A DNA stretch of 61,556 nucleotides, counting the filler, from Hausera hauseri (Eukaryota): assembly GCA_046269625.1 (NCBI GenBank). It is 10 parts of 10 records of this genome, joined end to end, with 100 filler letters (N's around TTAATTAATTAA, not from the genome) between each part and the next. Parts side by side here need not be neighbours in the genome. Positions count along the whole stretch, not along the records: positions 31,835 to 37,376 come from JBJURY010233296.1; positions 37,477 to 42,884 come from JBJURY010261066.1; positions 42,985 to 55,813 come from JBJURY010111096.1; 7 more parts are not named here. One strand, given 5' to 3'. Shown here in pieces: positions 34,337-46,563 of this stretch. The notes beneath the pieces were generated by a model. The model did no database searches. It worked only from the letters and a program-made list of their open reading frames with translations, and had not been told where the DNA came from. Position 1 is the stretch's first letter. The number at the start of each line of letters is the position of its first letter. Position numbers and translations under genes: made by a program.

Positions 34337-35227
34337 TTACTTTTCGCTCAGGATCCAAAAGACATTATCCACGATCGGTCGGACATCGTAGAGGGCCGCT
34401 ATCATGCACGCTTCCTCTTGGGTTTTCGGAGCGACAAAGGGTATTCCGCCAAACGAGGACGGCTGCAGTTGAAACTTTCGATCGATGGTGTGAGACTTGT
34501 AGTAGGGCAGGAGACTCACCAGCGTCCGGGCGTCGGTCACGTTGCCATCCGCCCACTCTTTGCACAAGAGCGTGTCGATAATCTTTTGGACGAATCGGTT
34601 ATAGGCCTGATGACCCTGCTCGGGAAAACACACGACGAATCGGTCCACGTCCTGCTCCACCAAGGCGTCGAACGCGTCGAGAAACGCCAGGTGCATGCAC
34701 AGCGTTTCCTTGTGGAAAGGGGTGAGATCCACCACGACGTAGGTGTCCTTCTCGACCGCCGTCTTGCCGGAGATGACGACCACGTTCGCGTGGCTCGCCC
34801 TGACCAGGTCGACATTTTCCGCGAGGATGGGAAAGTCCTGCCGTTGTTTCAGGCTCTGGACGCCCTCGACGTTTCTCGAGAAGAAGAAACAGACGTCGAC
34901 CCACTTCTCCCCCCCCGTCTGGAAGCTGTAGTGGGACGCCAAGACGACGGCCCGCGTGGCCAGAGGATGCTTCTCGACCCGCTCCACGGAGGGGGGCTCC
35001 AGGTAGACCAGGAGATCGCACTTTTCCACCGCGTCGCCCTTTTTCACCACGCGAATGCGAGGGTCCCAAGAACGGAAGGGATAGAACGGGGAGACCACGT
35101 TCACCTCGATCGCGGGGACGGCCAGCAATGCCTCGTAGACCACCTGCGGATGGCGTCCCAAATCTCCAAACACAATGCTGCGCTCCTGGCTCAGGATGAA
35201 ATGAAACAGATCGCGTATCGTTTCCAT
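34337..35227 (-). CDS. Hypothetical protein (296 aa) of a compact GC-rich virus-like gene cluster
   Basis: Intact, intronless, GC3-rich, protein-like composition; 10 nt from the upstream stop. Confidence 0.75.
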   Translation of the reverse strand: METIRDLFHFILSQERSIVFGDLGRHPQVVYEALLAVPAIEVNVVSPFYPFRSWDPRIRVVKKGDAVEKCDLLVYLEPPSVERVEKHPLATRAVVLASHYSFQTGGEKWVDVCFFFSRNVEGVQSLKQRQDFPILAENVDLVRASHANVVVISGKTAVEKDTYVVVDLTPFHKETLCMHLAFLDAFDALVEQDVDRFVVCFPEQGHQAYNRFVQKIIDTLLCKEWADGNVTDARTLVSLLPYYKSHTIDRKFQLQPSSFGGIPFVAPKTQEEACMIAALYDVRPIVDNVFWILSEK

Positions 35228-35237
35228 CGCCGCTTGA

Positions 35238-36860
35238 TTAAGAAATCACACAACCGCCTCCTTCCCTTTCTCCTCCTCCTTCTCCTGCCCGTTGCTGGAG
35301 GATCCGGGCCTCGTTGATAAACTGGACCGTCTGCTCGTCGACGTAAAAATCAATCGACGTCTCCGCAATGTGCACGGCACTGCTTCCCCCCGCTGGGACG
35401 GCGTTCATCCGAAAGCAAATGTTGTGCTTGGCGAGCATCAGGGCCAGTCGGACGATGCCGACGTCCATCGGGAAAGCCCGGTCCTTGACCTGTCGGAAAA
35501 AGTCCAGCCAGTGCCGCACGAGACTCGGCGCCTTCACCAGGGTGGGGGCGTCCTCGGCGGCGTGCGCTCTCAGACACCAGCACTCTTGCGCCACGTCCCT
35601 CAGGCGGACGCGCAAGAGGGCATAGTGCTCATCGTGCTGGTACGTGTCGAGCACGGTCACGTTGGGATCCTCCTCCTCCTCCTCCTCCTTTCCTTTCTTC
35701 TGAAAGGGGAGCGTCGACAGGAGGTGATGCGTGTTGGCCGTGAATTTGGGATGGCCCTCGAGGAGCGGCTTGTCAAAGCAGAAAAACACCTCCCGATACG
35801 CCAATCCAATCACCACGGTGTCCAGCACCACCTTCTTCACCTCCAGCGTGGTGACGAGCGAGGTCAGGCAGAGGTAGATCGGCGTCCAGGGGCCCGGAGG
35901 CACGTAGGCGTACTCGAGGTAGCGCTCGTAGGGACGGCCCACCTGCAGCACGCGCGTCGGTCTCGGGTGGTTGATGGCGAGGGCCACGTACGTGGAGTGG
36001 GACAGGGAGGGCTCGGGCGCTCGGCCCCCCTGATAGCTCAGGCGCAGGGGCCACTCGACGAGGATCCCCAGGGCGGCGGCGGCGGCGTCTGGACGGGGGT
36101 TGCGCTTGTAGTACGAGAGGAGAATGTCTTGAAGGAGCAGGGAGGGGTGGCGACTGCTCAGGTTTTTCTCCACGACGCCCGTCGAGAGGATGGTGGAATC
36201 CGCGTAGATGGGGTTGGGAAGGGGCTGGAAATCGATAAACTTGGGAAGAGCCTCCGCCGCGCGCGTCAGGAAAGGAATGTGCAACACGCCACTGCGCGTC
36301 GACCATTCCGAGGCCAGGTCCAGGACGTACTCGAGCGGCTCTCGCGTCAGGAACAGGATCCGGTAGTAAGGCGTCGGCTCGGAGCGGTCAAAGTACGATT
36401 CGCCGGGGCAGGGCAGGTCGTAAGCGTCCAGATACAGGATCGTGTTTTTGTAAAAATAGACGTGCTCGTAGGCCGGCTGCAGGGAGCCCTGCAGGTACCG
36501 TTTCACGATGTTGGAGTCCTGGACAAAGTACGTCGTCGCGTACAGGTGCAGTTTGGAATCGGGGTTCAAGTCCTTGTGCACGGGATACACCATGTACTCG
36601 TTTCCCAGGCAGATGGTAAAGAGGTATTTGGTGTTGCAGGTCACGGAAGCGACCACGTCCGTCCGAAAGTGCGCCTTGAGAGCGTACATGAGGGGTTTCT
36701 GAGAATGGATCTGAATGGTCGTGTAGGGATGCATCCGCGAGAGAAGAAACGTCTCGTAGGGAGAATAGGCGAGATCGAAAGCAATCACATTCTCTCGCGC
36801 AAAGGACACGGTACACTGGTGAAACTGCCCGTAGTACGAGCTGTACGAGTGCAAGTTCAT
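35238..36860 (-). CDS. Hypothetical protein (540 aa) of the virus-like cluster
   Basis: Intact, intronless, Tyr/Leu-rich ORF preceded by TAATAAAGTC. Confidence 0.78.
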   Translation of the reverse strand: MNLHSYSSYYGQFHQCTVSFARENVIAFDLAYSPYETFLLSRMHPYTTIQIHSQKPLMYALKAHFRTDVVASVTCNTKYLFTICLGNEYMVYPVHKDLNPDSKLHLYATTYFVQDSNIVKRYLQGSLQPAYEHVYFYKNTILYLDAYDLPCPGESYFDRSEPTPYYRILFLTREPLEYVLDLASEWSTRSGVLHIPFLTRAAEALPKFIDFQPLPNPIYADSTILSTGVVEKNLSSRHPSLLLQDILLSYYKRNPRPDAAAAALGILVEWPLRLSYQGGRAPEPSLSHSTYVALAINHPRPTRVLQVGRPYERYLEYAYVPPGPWTPIYLCLTSLVTTLEVKKVVLDTVVIGLAYREVFFCFDKPLLEGHPKFTANTHHLLSTLPFQKKGKEEEEEEDPNVTVLDTYQHDEHYALLRVRLRDVAQECWCLRAHAAEDAPTLVKAPSLVRHWLDFFRQVKDRAFPMDVGIVRLALMLAKHNICFRMNAVPAGGSSAVHIAETSIDFYVDEQTVQFINEARILQQRAGEGGGEREGGGCVIS

Positions 36861-36875
36861 GACTTTATTACTCGG

Positions 36876-37253
36876 TCATGTGGAGTTTGAAATGTTTTTT
36901 TTTTCCACACACAGTACGAAACCTCTCCCAGTGCGAAACTTGTGCAGCAGTTCGGCGTGGACGAAACATTTCCATTCTAGGCTGTTGAGCGACTGGTCGA
37001 CCGTAAACCTAGGATTGGACAACTTCCAATAGACGTTGTTGAGGAGATTGGAAAAGATTTTCATTTGCCGCCACTTGGACGGAGGGTGGTTTATAAATTC
37101 CACGGGGGTCAGATGGCGACAGCGGTATTGTGCCTCGAGCATCGTATCCATCCACAGTGCCCACCCTTTTCCCGGCCGAGCATCCTCCTGAGGGTCCCAG
37201 ATCTCCCGACTCTGGAGCCTCTCGTTCATCCACTGGTGGAGCGAGTCGTTCAT
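36876..37253 (-). CDS. Hypothetical protein (~125 aa) of the virus-like cluster
   Basis: ORF track 36876..37274; first ATG gives MNDSLHQW; TATATAAA lies upstream. Confidence 0.65.
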   Translation of the reverse strand: MNDSLHQWMNERLQSREIWDPQEDARPGKGWALWMDTMLEAQYRCRHLTPVEFINHPPSKWRQMKIFSNLLNNVYWKLSNPRFTVDQSLNSLEWKCFVHAELLHKFRTGRGFVLCVEKKNISNST

Positions 37254-37295
37254 CTTCGTTTTGAAACTACCCACCCCTCCCCCCGTTTTATATAT

Positions 37296-37363
<68 letters not shown>

Positions 37364-37999
37364 CACTTCTTTTTTTNNNNNNNNNNNNNNNNNNNNNNNN
37401 NNNNNNNNNNNNNNNNNNNNTTAATTAATTAANNNNNNNNNNNNNNNNNNNNNNNNNNNNNNNNNNNNNNNNNNNNTGTGAGGAGGAATTTAAACGAGTA
37501 TTAATGTTTAAATTCAATTCAAAGTCAATTCAATAAATAGCCAATATAAAGTCAAGAAATTCCAAAAAGGATGGAAATAAGACTTATTTAATGAGTGAAG
37601 GAGATAAATGTTATACAAACTTTTATAATAAATTTCTAATGCATAATTCAATCTTACAATCATCGAATGACGTTGAGGTCGAAATGGTAGAAACGCGATC
37701 TACTAACACTGGTAAATGTTCAATTTTCTTTTTCTTTCCTTTCTTGCGAATAAAACCATACGGTCAATGAAAAACTAGACGTAACAAATTAGACTTATTT
37801 AACTCACAATTTTCGATTCTACCAAACTGCCGATTTGCAGTTTAATCAGACAATATTTTTCCCACTCTTCCAGTGGTACCCCCTTACTTCTATTTTGCTG
37901 TTTTTATACTTTTCGTCTTCCCGTTAAATCCATACAACAAATCATTTAAATTGATGAATGAAGCTCAACTTCCTCTATCAATCTGTACCAGTTTTTGGT

Positions 38000-39020
38000 A
38001 CTACCGCTATTAGTCATTTTTTGTCTTCTGGTGTGTTTCTTTCCTTTGCTAAACATCGTCAAATTGACCTGAACTTTTTCGATGGCCTACTAACAATTTG
38101 CTTGAACCGTACCACTTGGTGGGTGGATGCAGCTGCAACTTTAAAGCTAGAAAAATGGGCATTGTCCCTCTTTTTTGTTTGGGTCCCTTTCTTCCGGCTA
38201 AGCGAATTTTGACTAAATCTGTTCACTAAATCTGTTAAATGCGTCATGTGCGGCTCCACAAACGTACATGTTTTTCTATGGTGTAACTCTTTCCAGAAAA
38301 AATTGGTAATTTTTCTCCTTGGATTTTCTCCCGAATGTCGGACTCTTACGAACTTGACTTGTTGTCCATTGTACTAACCGTGTTCGATTTGACAAAAACA
38401 CTGTCTACGCTTCAAGCACGCTTCCTATTGGTCATTTGGGGAGGGGTGAGTGAGAATGTCCATTTTCTCTCTACTCAGATGCAGTATCAAAAATGGGTTT
38501 GAGTTAATTCAGCCAAATTTTATTTTGAACATGAAAATGCAAAAACTAGAAAATTAAAGGTACAACATGTTGAAGTGGTCCCAATGAATTTTGAATGAAA
38601 CTAAAATATAACGACGTCCGACAGAACAACAGAAATTGACACATGAATACATTAATATTCCATTGAATGGGTGAAAAAACGTTATAAATAGATGTAATAT
38701 AAAATTGTGTCATGCAGGTTGGGTTAAAATGTACAGAGATATAAAAATTTGTTTTTCAATGGAAAATTTTACAGATATTGGTAAATTGGTTATTTCAAAA
38801 TGTTATATTTGCCAGAGACGTAAAACATACTTTGGAAATTAAAGAAACTCCCATAGAACTAACTGAGACCAAATCGTTTCAAAATAAATTCATCGATTTC
38901 TACTGGCCATTAAAACAACGAGATGGAAATAAACATATAATCTATAACAGATCAATTTATCAAACATATAGTTCTTCAGGAGGTATCACAACAAGATGAA
39001 TATTGGCCGTAACGATATTT
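38000..39020. mobile_element. Highly decayed LTR-retrotransposon remnants (integrase-like on + ~38620-39020; gag-like on - ~38000-38370)
   Basis: CQRRK followed by PIELTETKSFQNKFIDFYWPLKQRDGNKHII resembles the integrase core start; the gag call is weak. Confidence 0.4.
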
Positions 39021-39307
39021 GTGGATAGAGGTAAAGTTTGGTAAAACATATAATTACAAAATTCAGTTTTTTCGTCCCTACCATACCGGTTTACGAATGA
39101 TTTTAAACTACTTCAATGATATCCCCCTGGTGTGTATAAATAATTCGTACATCTCGTCATTTATCTGAGGGCTGAAGTGGAAATATTTCCCATATTTTTA
39201 TAATTATGTCGAATATCCGTATAAAATTATTCCCAATTAATTTACATATAAATACAAAATTGACATTTATTCCAATCAAAAGTAACAACAACAACAAAAT
39301 AACAAAA

Positions 39308-39889
39308 ATGACCAAAGACATTGAAAATTCGATAATTGTAGGCGATCTCCATCACAATGTCACTGAAGACTGTCTAAAGGGCGTATTCAGCAAATACGGT
39401 TCTATAACGTCCATAAAATTTCTCAACAAACGATCACCGAATATCCCGAATAATGCCCGAATATCATTCACAACCGAACAATCAGGTAGGACAATTTTGT
39501 CCATTTATATTCATTAATGACCACGACCACCATATTTTATAGCCAAATCAGCAGTCACAAAAGGTAACTTTACTCTCATCAACAAAATTCCATGTCGAGT
39601 ATCACCATTCCAATATCCTTACGTTCCTCAACAACCTCACATTTTTGTGAAATGTCAAGATAAATCAGTGACTACTCCACTGTTATTCAATCATTTCAAT
39701 GAAATATCTCCAGTAAAATTATGTTCTCTATCATTGGACGAGTCATGCATATCCAGAGGATATGGTTATGTCACATTGGATGATGAGAAATGTATTGATT
39801 GGGTTGTGCAATCTCTAAATGGTACTCGATTGGGTAGTGGTTTGATTGGTGTTACAAAATATGATAGACCAACAAAATTCAGTGGATAA
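39308..39889 (+). CDS. Two-RRM PABP-like RNA-binding protein (174 aa; exons 39308-39485 and 39543-39889)
   Basis: IIVGDLHHNVTED...; a 57-nt GT-AG intron (39486-39542) joins the frames; NFTLINKIPCRV, IFVK..DKSV, SRGYGYV and LNG resemble PABPC RRM1-RRM2; AATAAA at 39953. Confidence 0.8.
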
Positions 39890-40612
39890 TACATGTTCAG
39901 GAACATGGAAAGTAGATACAACAAGAATGAGATGAGATGCAGATAGATCAATAATAAAATATAGATTTTTATTCGTCAGTTTTTTCTTATGACGACAGTT
40001 TTAGTCAACTTTCCTGGTGTGAAAAGCTTTATCAGATTCTTATTTACTACCCGTATCATTTTTTTAAAATTCATTCTGGGAGTTCGGAACGCGTGAAAGA
40101 TTGATTTCCTTAATTAACTGTATGTTCGTGCGAAACTGATTGTTCATAATACTCATTGAAATTTGTTGATAGACTTAAGTAGCAGTTGCTAAACTTGCGA
40201 TGTTTTTCACTTGTGTAAAATGCGTAAAGTTAGAAGTCAATCGTGCATTTAAACAAAAACCATTTTATTGAAGATGTGGGTGAATCCGTCACTACAATAT
40301 AGTGGTACTACAACGATAGTTCCCTCATGAGTCGTTATGAATACAAATGCCTTAACAAGTTGACACGAGTGTACAACAAGTAAATATCTACACAACACGA
40401 TGTATTTAACACTACCTTAATGGAAGTCAGAACAAGAAATCTGTACACATATATTTCTAAAATGATCACTACCCATTTAGAAATGTGTCAAATTAATTGT
40501 ACAGAACAAATAATGCATTGCATATGGTAAGAGACAATAATTTTTATTAATGCTACGAATACGAGAATAGAGATGCATAAAAAGCCGATAGCAAATTATA
40601 TTCAGACGCCAT

Positions 40613-42798
40613 TTACGTTCTAAATGATATCGGTGGAAAACCGCACGACATCATTTGCTGCTGTAGTAATTCTTCTAATTCGAAATCGTTACTTTTGTTC
40701 TGCTGTGCGGCTTTCGTGATTGCACAAGGGTCTTGTTTGTACCAGAAATCTGTCCGGTTATCCAAAAACACAGCAGCTTCTATCGTTTCGCTTTGAATGG
40801 CTGCCGAATAGTTTTCTTTCTTCTTTTTTACGCCTGACAAACGAATACAATAAACTTATCCAGAAAATTAATTCGCTTTACATTCTGGAATGCTGTGTGC
40901 AGTTTTAATGAGTTCGCATCTGTCGTCTACACATTTAATTCATCAGGAATTGAATGTTTTATGAAAATACTTTCAACTTCACAAATTTCATTCATGAATA
41001 CTCGATCTCCCGCCTGTACACCCATCAGTGTTCTCAGGCTGGGTTTTTTGAATTTTATCGGAGGCATTTTTTCTGGTAAATCAAAGTCGTATTTTTTCTT
41101 AACTTCCTCGTCTTTTTTCTTAGCCATCTTTTTCTTTTGCATATGTTCTTGTTTTTTGCGAAGCTTCTCAAGTTTTGCTGCTTTAATTTCCTGTCAAATG
41201 AATGAAAAATGTTAGATTACGCAAAAAATCTAAATTTTATCTGTAGTATTGCACTGGTCCAGTACGCTGCCCCTATTTTATCGCCAATAATTGGTTAGTT
41301 CAATAAACAGCAAATCGAGTCCGAATGATGGAAAGAAGCAATTAAATATTCCCTGGAGAAAAACAGCATCTCTGTTTCGGGGAAGATAATGAAACAATTT
41401 CGAAACTGGTAATTTGAGTTTATATTGATTGGCACTTATTCACTATCCTCCTCAAGATAAAGTTACGTCAATTATATTGTCTTTATTTGGCCACTTATTG
41501 AGGGATAATACTGGACAAGTGCAGTGAGCAACTATTAAACTCTGATCTGCAAGAGAAGTGATAAAAGTGTCCCTAATATCGATATACGAACAATTAATCA
41601 GGTCATTTTCAGTCATATAAGAAGAGTACAATGACAATGTAAAAGTACTGTGATTGTCACGAGAATAAAATGGCATGATCTTCTTCAAATGACAAAATAT
41701 CACTACGAAGCTACAAATACAAAAAATAATGTAAGGCATTTTGGCACTTAACATTATGCCCTCCACAAATTGTCTAGAACAAATGAATGTCGGCATGGCA
41801 CACACACATTTATTTGGCCATAACAAATAACCTCATAGAAACCATCTGTCAATTTCTACTAATAGAACAGATATTGTGAAATATAAGACGAACTCAAGGG
41901 ATTCTCATACTTACCGGAAAAGCTTCATCGTTAAATTCTTGAAGATCCAATTCATCATTGAGTTTGATTTTCTTTGGCTTTTCTAAACGGTAGAATTTTT
42001 GTTAATGAATTTCATATAATTATAATAATCAATATAAATACAATATTCATGAAAATATGTCATTTTTCCCTTTTTCGAAAATTTCTACTTTAATAGTATT
42101 TATCTATTATGATTTTAAAATATAGTATTAATGTTGTGTGCCTATTAATGTCCTGTAAAATGGTATGAGGACCAAAGATTTCAAATTAAAATTGATGTAT
42201 ACTATATATTCCAGCACGTGAGAGGAATGAACTTCATTCAACGTAGNNNNNNNNNNGTAGTATGCCTAAATTTGGCGTTTATCCAATACAATGACTATCT
42301 GAAGACACCTACCGGCTGATGCTGCATTCTTGATACACAATTCACATTTGTTGACACCCTGTTGAAATTGAGGCATGGTCAATCTTGTTCGATTACCTCG
42401 ATGGAAAATGGTTAAAGCACTTTCAAAGTCGCCTTTCTGATAATAAATTTCCCCCTTGAGTAACAGTGCCTAGAGATGCATAAATAAATTACCAATAAAA
42501 AAGTAACCTGAGCATTCTTCTTCTCCATGGACAGGGCAGTATTTATGTCAGCAATAGCCTTTTCATATTTACTCAGTTGCAAATATCCATATGACCGGAA
42601 AATAAACGGTTTTACTTTTTCTTTGCACTCTTTAATTGCCTGAATGGTGGTAACGATGATTCTTTGTTAATTTGTTACTTGGCTCAGATACCAAACTCCT
42701 CGCTTGTATTGTTTCATCAGTATCAAATGTTTTCCCATGATATAAAATGCTTCATGAAGATTTTGAGCTTTGCCTAATCCTGATCCATCAGAAGACAT
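40613..42798 (-). CDS. TTC25: TTC25/ODAD4-like TPR protein (outer dynein arm docking), multi-exon, N-terminal-type short form
   Basis: Spliced FIFRSYGYLQLSKYEKAIAD...ALLLKGEIYYQKGDFESALTIFHRG...FQQGVNKCELCI, later SLRTLMGVQAGDRVFM and FLDNRTDFWYKQDP; GT-AG introns 42640-42678 and 42470-42507; internal 10-N gap at 42247-42256. Confidence 0.75.
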
Positions 42799-42984
42799 GA
42801 ATATACGAAATTAAATATCGATATAATGATCGCAATTTTACATAAATAATGTTAATGATCCACAACTGTAGTTTTGTTTACTAANNNNNNNNNNNNNNNN
42901 NNNNNNNNNNNNNNNNNNNNNNNNNNNNTTAATTAATTAANNNNNNNNNNNNNNNNNNNNNNNNNNNNNNNNNNNNNNNNNNNN

Positions 42985-45799
42985 CATTGGCGGTATATTC
43001 ACTCGGAGCATTGGAATAAATGTAGCTTGGCGGTCCTTTAGTCCATGCAGTAGAAGGCTGAATATTGTAGTATTTATCTCGTTTACGATAAAAAGCACCA
43101 CCATTTTCGATTGTAACTATTGCTGGAGTATTGATATTTAACGGAGATCCACCATAGGTTTGATCCTGCGATAAACCTTTGTGCCTCTTTTTGGTTATTC
43201 CGTTTACTACAATAGTTTCAACTTCATAGCAAGCGCCAATTTCAAAATAAGTTTGCTTGGTTTCATCAGCTTCATCCCGGATGGAATAGATCTCAATCCA
43301 GTTGTTTCTTCCTACTGGTGACAGTAATGTTAAGTCAAATGGCGTTCCTGGTAAATACTGGATATAGATTTTATCCCCGGTAGTAGATAATATTTCATAG
43401 TCATACTGAAACTTATAAATCGTACCACCTAACTGCGCCAAAACTCTAAGCCGATCTCCCTTTTTAAAAGTATAACTTATCTCGGCTCCTAAATTAGCAT
43501 TGTTAACGTAGTGGCCAATACTGCTCATATCAATCTCCCAATAAATAGGATTGACTATTGTTTGCACAAATTGATCATTCACTCTGTTTACTTGCGCAGG
43601 GAAGAAGCACAGATAACTCTCTTCGGTAAGATCCGGAGTAATTACAATCTGATATTTAGTAGCCCAACTCGGAGGCTCATGATTTATTTTCAGTTCCAAG
43701 TATGGAACGAAAGCTTGCGTATCTAAGTTAGTAAAAAAGGTATTATCAAACAGATGCGGTATTTCGATAGGTTCTTCCGTAATTACACAAACACCACTCT
43801 TGCGATCAGCATTATCATAATAGACAATACCCACAAATCCTTTGTAACCATACTTAAACCCTCGCTTAGAAATGTATGGAATTGAAGTGTAGAAAAGAGT
43901 GTTTAAAATATCAGTATATTTTACCTCAATAGTCGCATTAGGAACGAGAGAATCATACCCCTCGGTAATTGCTCCCAACCAAATTCTTTCATCAATATAA
44001 GCCATGCTTTCAGCCTTCAATGGCACTGCATGATAGGGTAACAATGCAGTGGAAGTAGCAGCAGCAATGAATAGCTCGTTGCTGAAGTAATTATATTTTC
44101 TACCACTGATTGTCGCAAACTCATGTCGATCAAACTCTGCAATATCTCCCCACGTTACCCCATTATCTTCACTCACAGCCAGGCGTACTTTTTTAATTGT
44201 AGATAAATAATTGATATTATTCAGCCATTTATCATCGAAGTTGACCACTACGAATTTATTGTAAACGGTTTGTAGCAATGGCATTTGACCGATAGCACCA
44301 TACACGCTCTGCTCGTAATCTAAAAAAATGTATCGGCATCTGAATAGTAACGTTTTCGATAGGATGGAATAGTTTATGAAATTTGATACTGTTCCAGTAT
44401 CAAAATCAAACCAGTATGCAAGCGTAGTAGCTCCAAACGTAAAATTGGGGCCATCATCAATATTCACTCTGAACTCGATTTGGCTGGTTGCTAAATTTAA
44501 TGCGCTCCATGATCCACCTTTAACCTCGCACGTACACGCAAATCCGGTTACGATCATTGATATTCTTCCGGTAACTCCGACAGTATAAGAGTTAATGTTA
44601 ACGGTAATATTGAATGTTCCGGCAGCATTAGCCCCTAACGAATGATCATAAATTACCGTTCCATCGCTAAGGGTAAAAGTCAATGTGCTTGGTGGTCCGA
44701 AATTCCATGCAGTAACAATAAACTGAATATTGAAAGTAAAATCAAATTGCTCATTAATAGTAGCATTATAATAATCCAATGGCTGCGGAAAATTACCGGT
44801 TAAATTCCAGTTGGTAGTACCAAGCACAAAATTTTGACCAAGAAAGAAAGCTGCATTACCATCGAAATATGAAGTAGGAGGGCAAAACGGAGGGTATTTA
44901 ATCTGCTTAAATACATCAAGTGTTAGTGGAGGATAACTTACTCCTGCACCTAAAATGTAATCGGCATAGTGGTTTCCCGGAAGAACAATACTTTGGCCGA
45001 TATTCGGATTTGAAGAAGTGCTGACCACGTTTATAAAACACTCGCCCTTATTCAAACTCGTTAAAGTTAGATACTGACCTTTATTTTCATAGGAAAGGTA
45101 AGTAGCAAAATTTATATCCGCATCAAAAGCATTGATAAGATCAGTAACACGATTAGCCATTGTTGTTGCCGAACTGGTAACAGCAATGGTGTAAACCGGT
45201 GCTACGATACCTTGTCTGTATAGATTGATAGTATAAGTAATCGTATCATTTATATCCAGCGGATTAACATACAACTCAAAGGAAAAATTTTTGTTTGTAT
45301 TATTTGCCCTTTTAACGTTGATGCATTTTGGCTCTTCGCTATCATCAGTAATAAAAAATAGGTCGTCAACCAGCTCTATGCCGGTAATTAATTTGTTCTC
45401 ACTGAAATTTAGCGGTGGCGGGTTTTGTGCTGTATAAAGAAAAGGGTATCTTACTTGATAAATTGTTTGTAATTCACCATTAGGAAATTGAGCATTGCTA
45501 AAATAGTATCTGAACACTCCATGATAACCATTTGAATTGTAAACGCAATAGATAATACTATTCCCAATCACATCCTCAAACGTACCAATACATTTATTCT
45601 TTCCATTTTGCAGGAATGGATTAGCAATTAAAACATTCCCTGGCACATCCTCAATAGCTTTAAAATTCTGTCCATCGGTAATTACATTCCGGGCATTAAG
45701 GAGCATCCGATAATTTCCCTTGGGCATAAATCTGCCCTGGGTATCAGAATCCATAACACCTTCAAAAACCTGGACATCCTTTAATGATTGAACTGCCAT
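42985..45799 (-). CDS. crAss-like phage muzzle / tail stabilisation protein (3' truncated)
   Basis: N-terminus FEGVMDSDTQGRFMPKGNYRMLLNARN...AIEDVPGN, LNFS...LITGIELVDDLFFITD...EPKCIN, VPLKA, RIWLGAITEGYD, GIVYYDNADRKS; follows three ring genes. Confidence 0.75.
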
Positions 45800-45804
45800 A
45801 CTGA

Positions 45805-46563
45805 TTATCGTTTAGGTCCGGATAGAGTTGTTGCATACATTGAATCAAGATAATCGCTTACGTTGGGCGCAAATTCGATATAAACACGTTCTCCAAACGC
45901 AGCATTATATAGCCCCATTAATCTTTGCTTTTCCCCTCCATCTACCTTACGATCATAATTCACCAATTGCCAGTGAATGTATGAACGAATTACCTCAACG
46001 TCTTTACCATAAATTAATGTTGCTCCACTTGTTTCTTCATCGGCCACATACTCCATTACTATTTCAGTTGCCGGGATATTGTAGAATTGGAACTGCTTCA
46101 TTTCATGATCCACCCGGAAATATCCAAGCTCGTTGAAGCCTCCACCCATTGAATACATTTCACCAACAAAATATCCGTTTCTATAATGCGAAGCCCAATA
46201 ATACCCATCGGTATATCTGAACGGATCCATTTCAGCAGTGATGGGCGCTGCCACCATTTCAGTTTGCTCTACTCCGCACTCATATCTCCGATTTAAGGGA
46301 ATATCCTTGTTTAAGGTAAGAGTAACCAACTGCCCACCAATATTGATCGCCATTTTAGTGTAATACTCATAATCCTTTGGAAAGGGAGCATTGAGTACAG
46401 CATTGGGAGTAAGGTATGCAACCTTTATATTTTTATTCGTTTTGTAGCGCAAAATATGGCGTAAACAATGAATACCATACTGCAACATCCTACTTTGAGA
46501 ATGAGTAGTAAAGTCCTGCACATCCATTTGCACCAAGCTTATTACATAATTTAGGTTCTTCAT
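45805..46563 (-). CDS. Phage tail ring / head-tail connector protein
   Basis: 252 aa with P.DY..Y.K and IVMEY.AD motifs; directly before the muzzle; 4-nt overlap with the upstream gene. Confidence 0.6.
   Translation of the reverse strand: MKNLNYVISLVQMDVQDFTTHSQSRMLQYGIHCLRHILRYKTNKNIKVAYLTPNAVLNAPFPKDYEYYTKMAINIGGQLVTLTLNKDIPLNRRYECGVEQTEMVAAPITAEMDPFRYTDGYYWASHYRNGYFVGEMYSMGGGFNELGYFRVDHEMKQFQFYNIPATEIVMEYVADEETSGATLIYGKDVEVIRSYIHWQLVNYDRKVDGGEKQRLMGLYNAAFGERVYIEFAPNVSDYLDSMYATTLSGPKR

Noticed and set aside
34068-36890. Long plus-strand ORFs (34418..35317, 35292..36890 and others)
   Set aside because: Antisense shadows of GC3-rich minus-strand genes, with unnatural composition and non-ATG or poorly supported starts.
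37300-37376. Poly(A)/poly(T) hairpin as a viral terminus
   Set aside because: Homopolymers at a contig end are most simply low-complexity assembly ends.
41452-41826. 124-aa minus-strand ORF inside the TTC25-like gene
   Set aside because: Non-ATG start, no motif, and it lies within an inferred intron.
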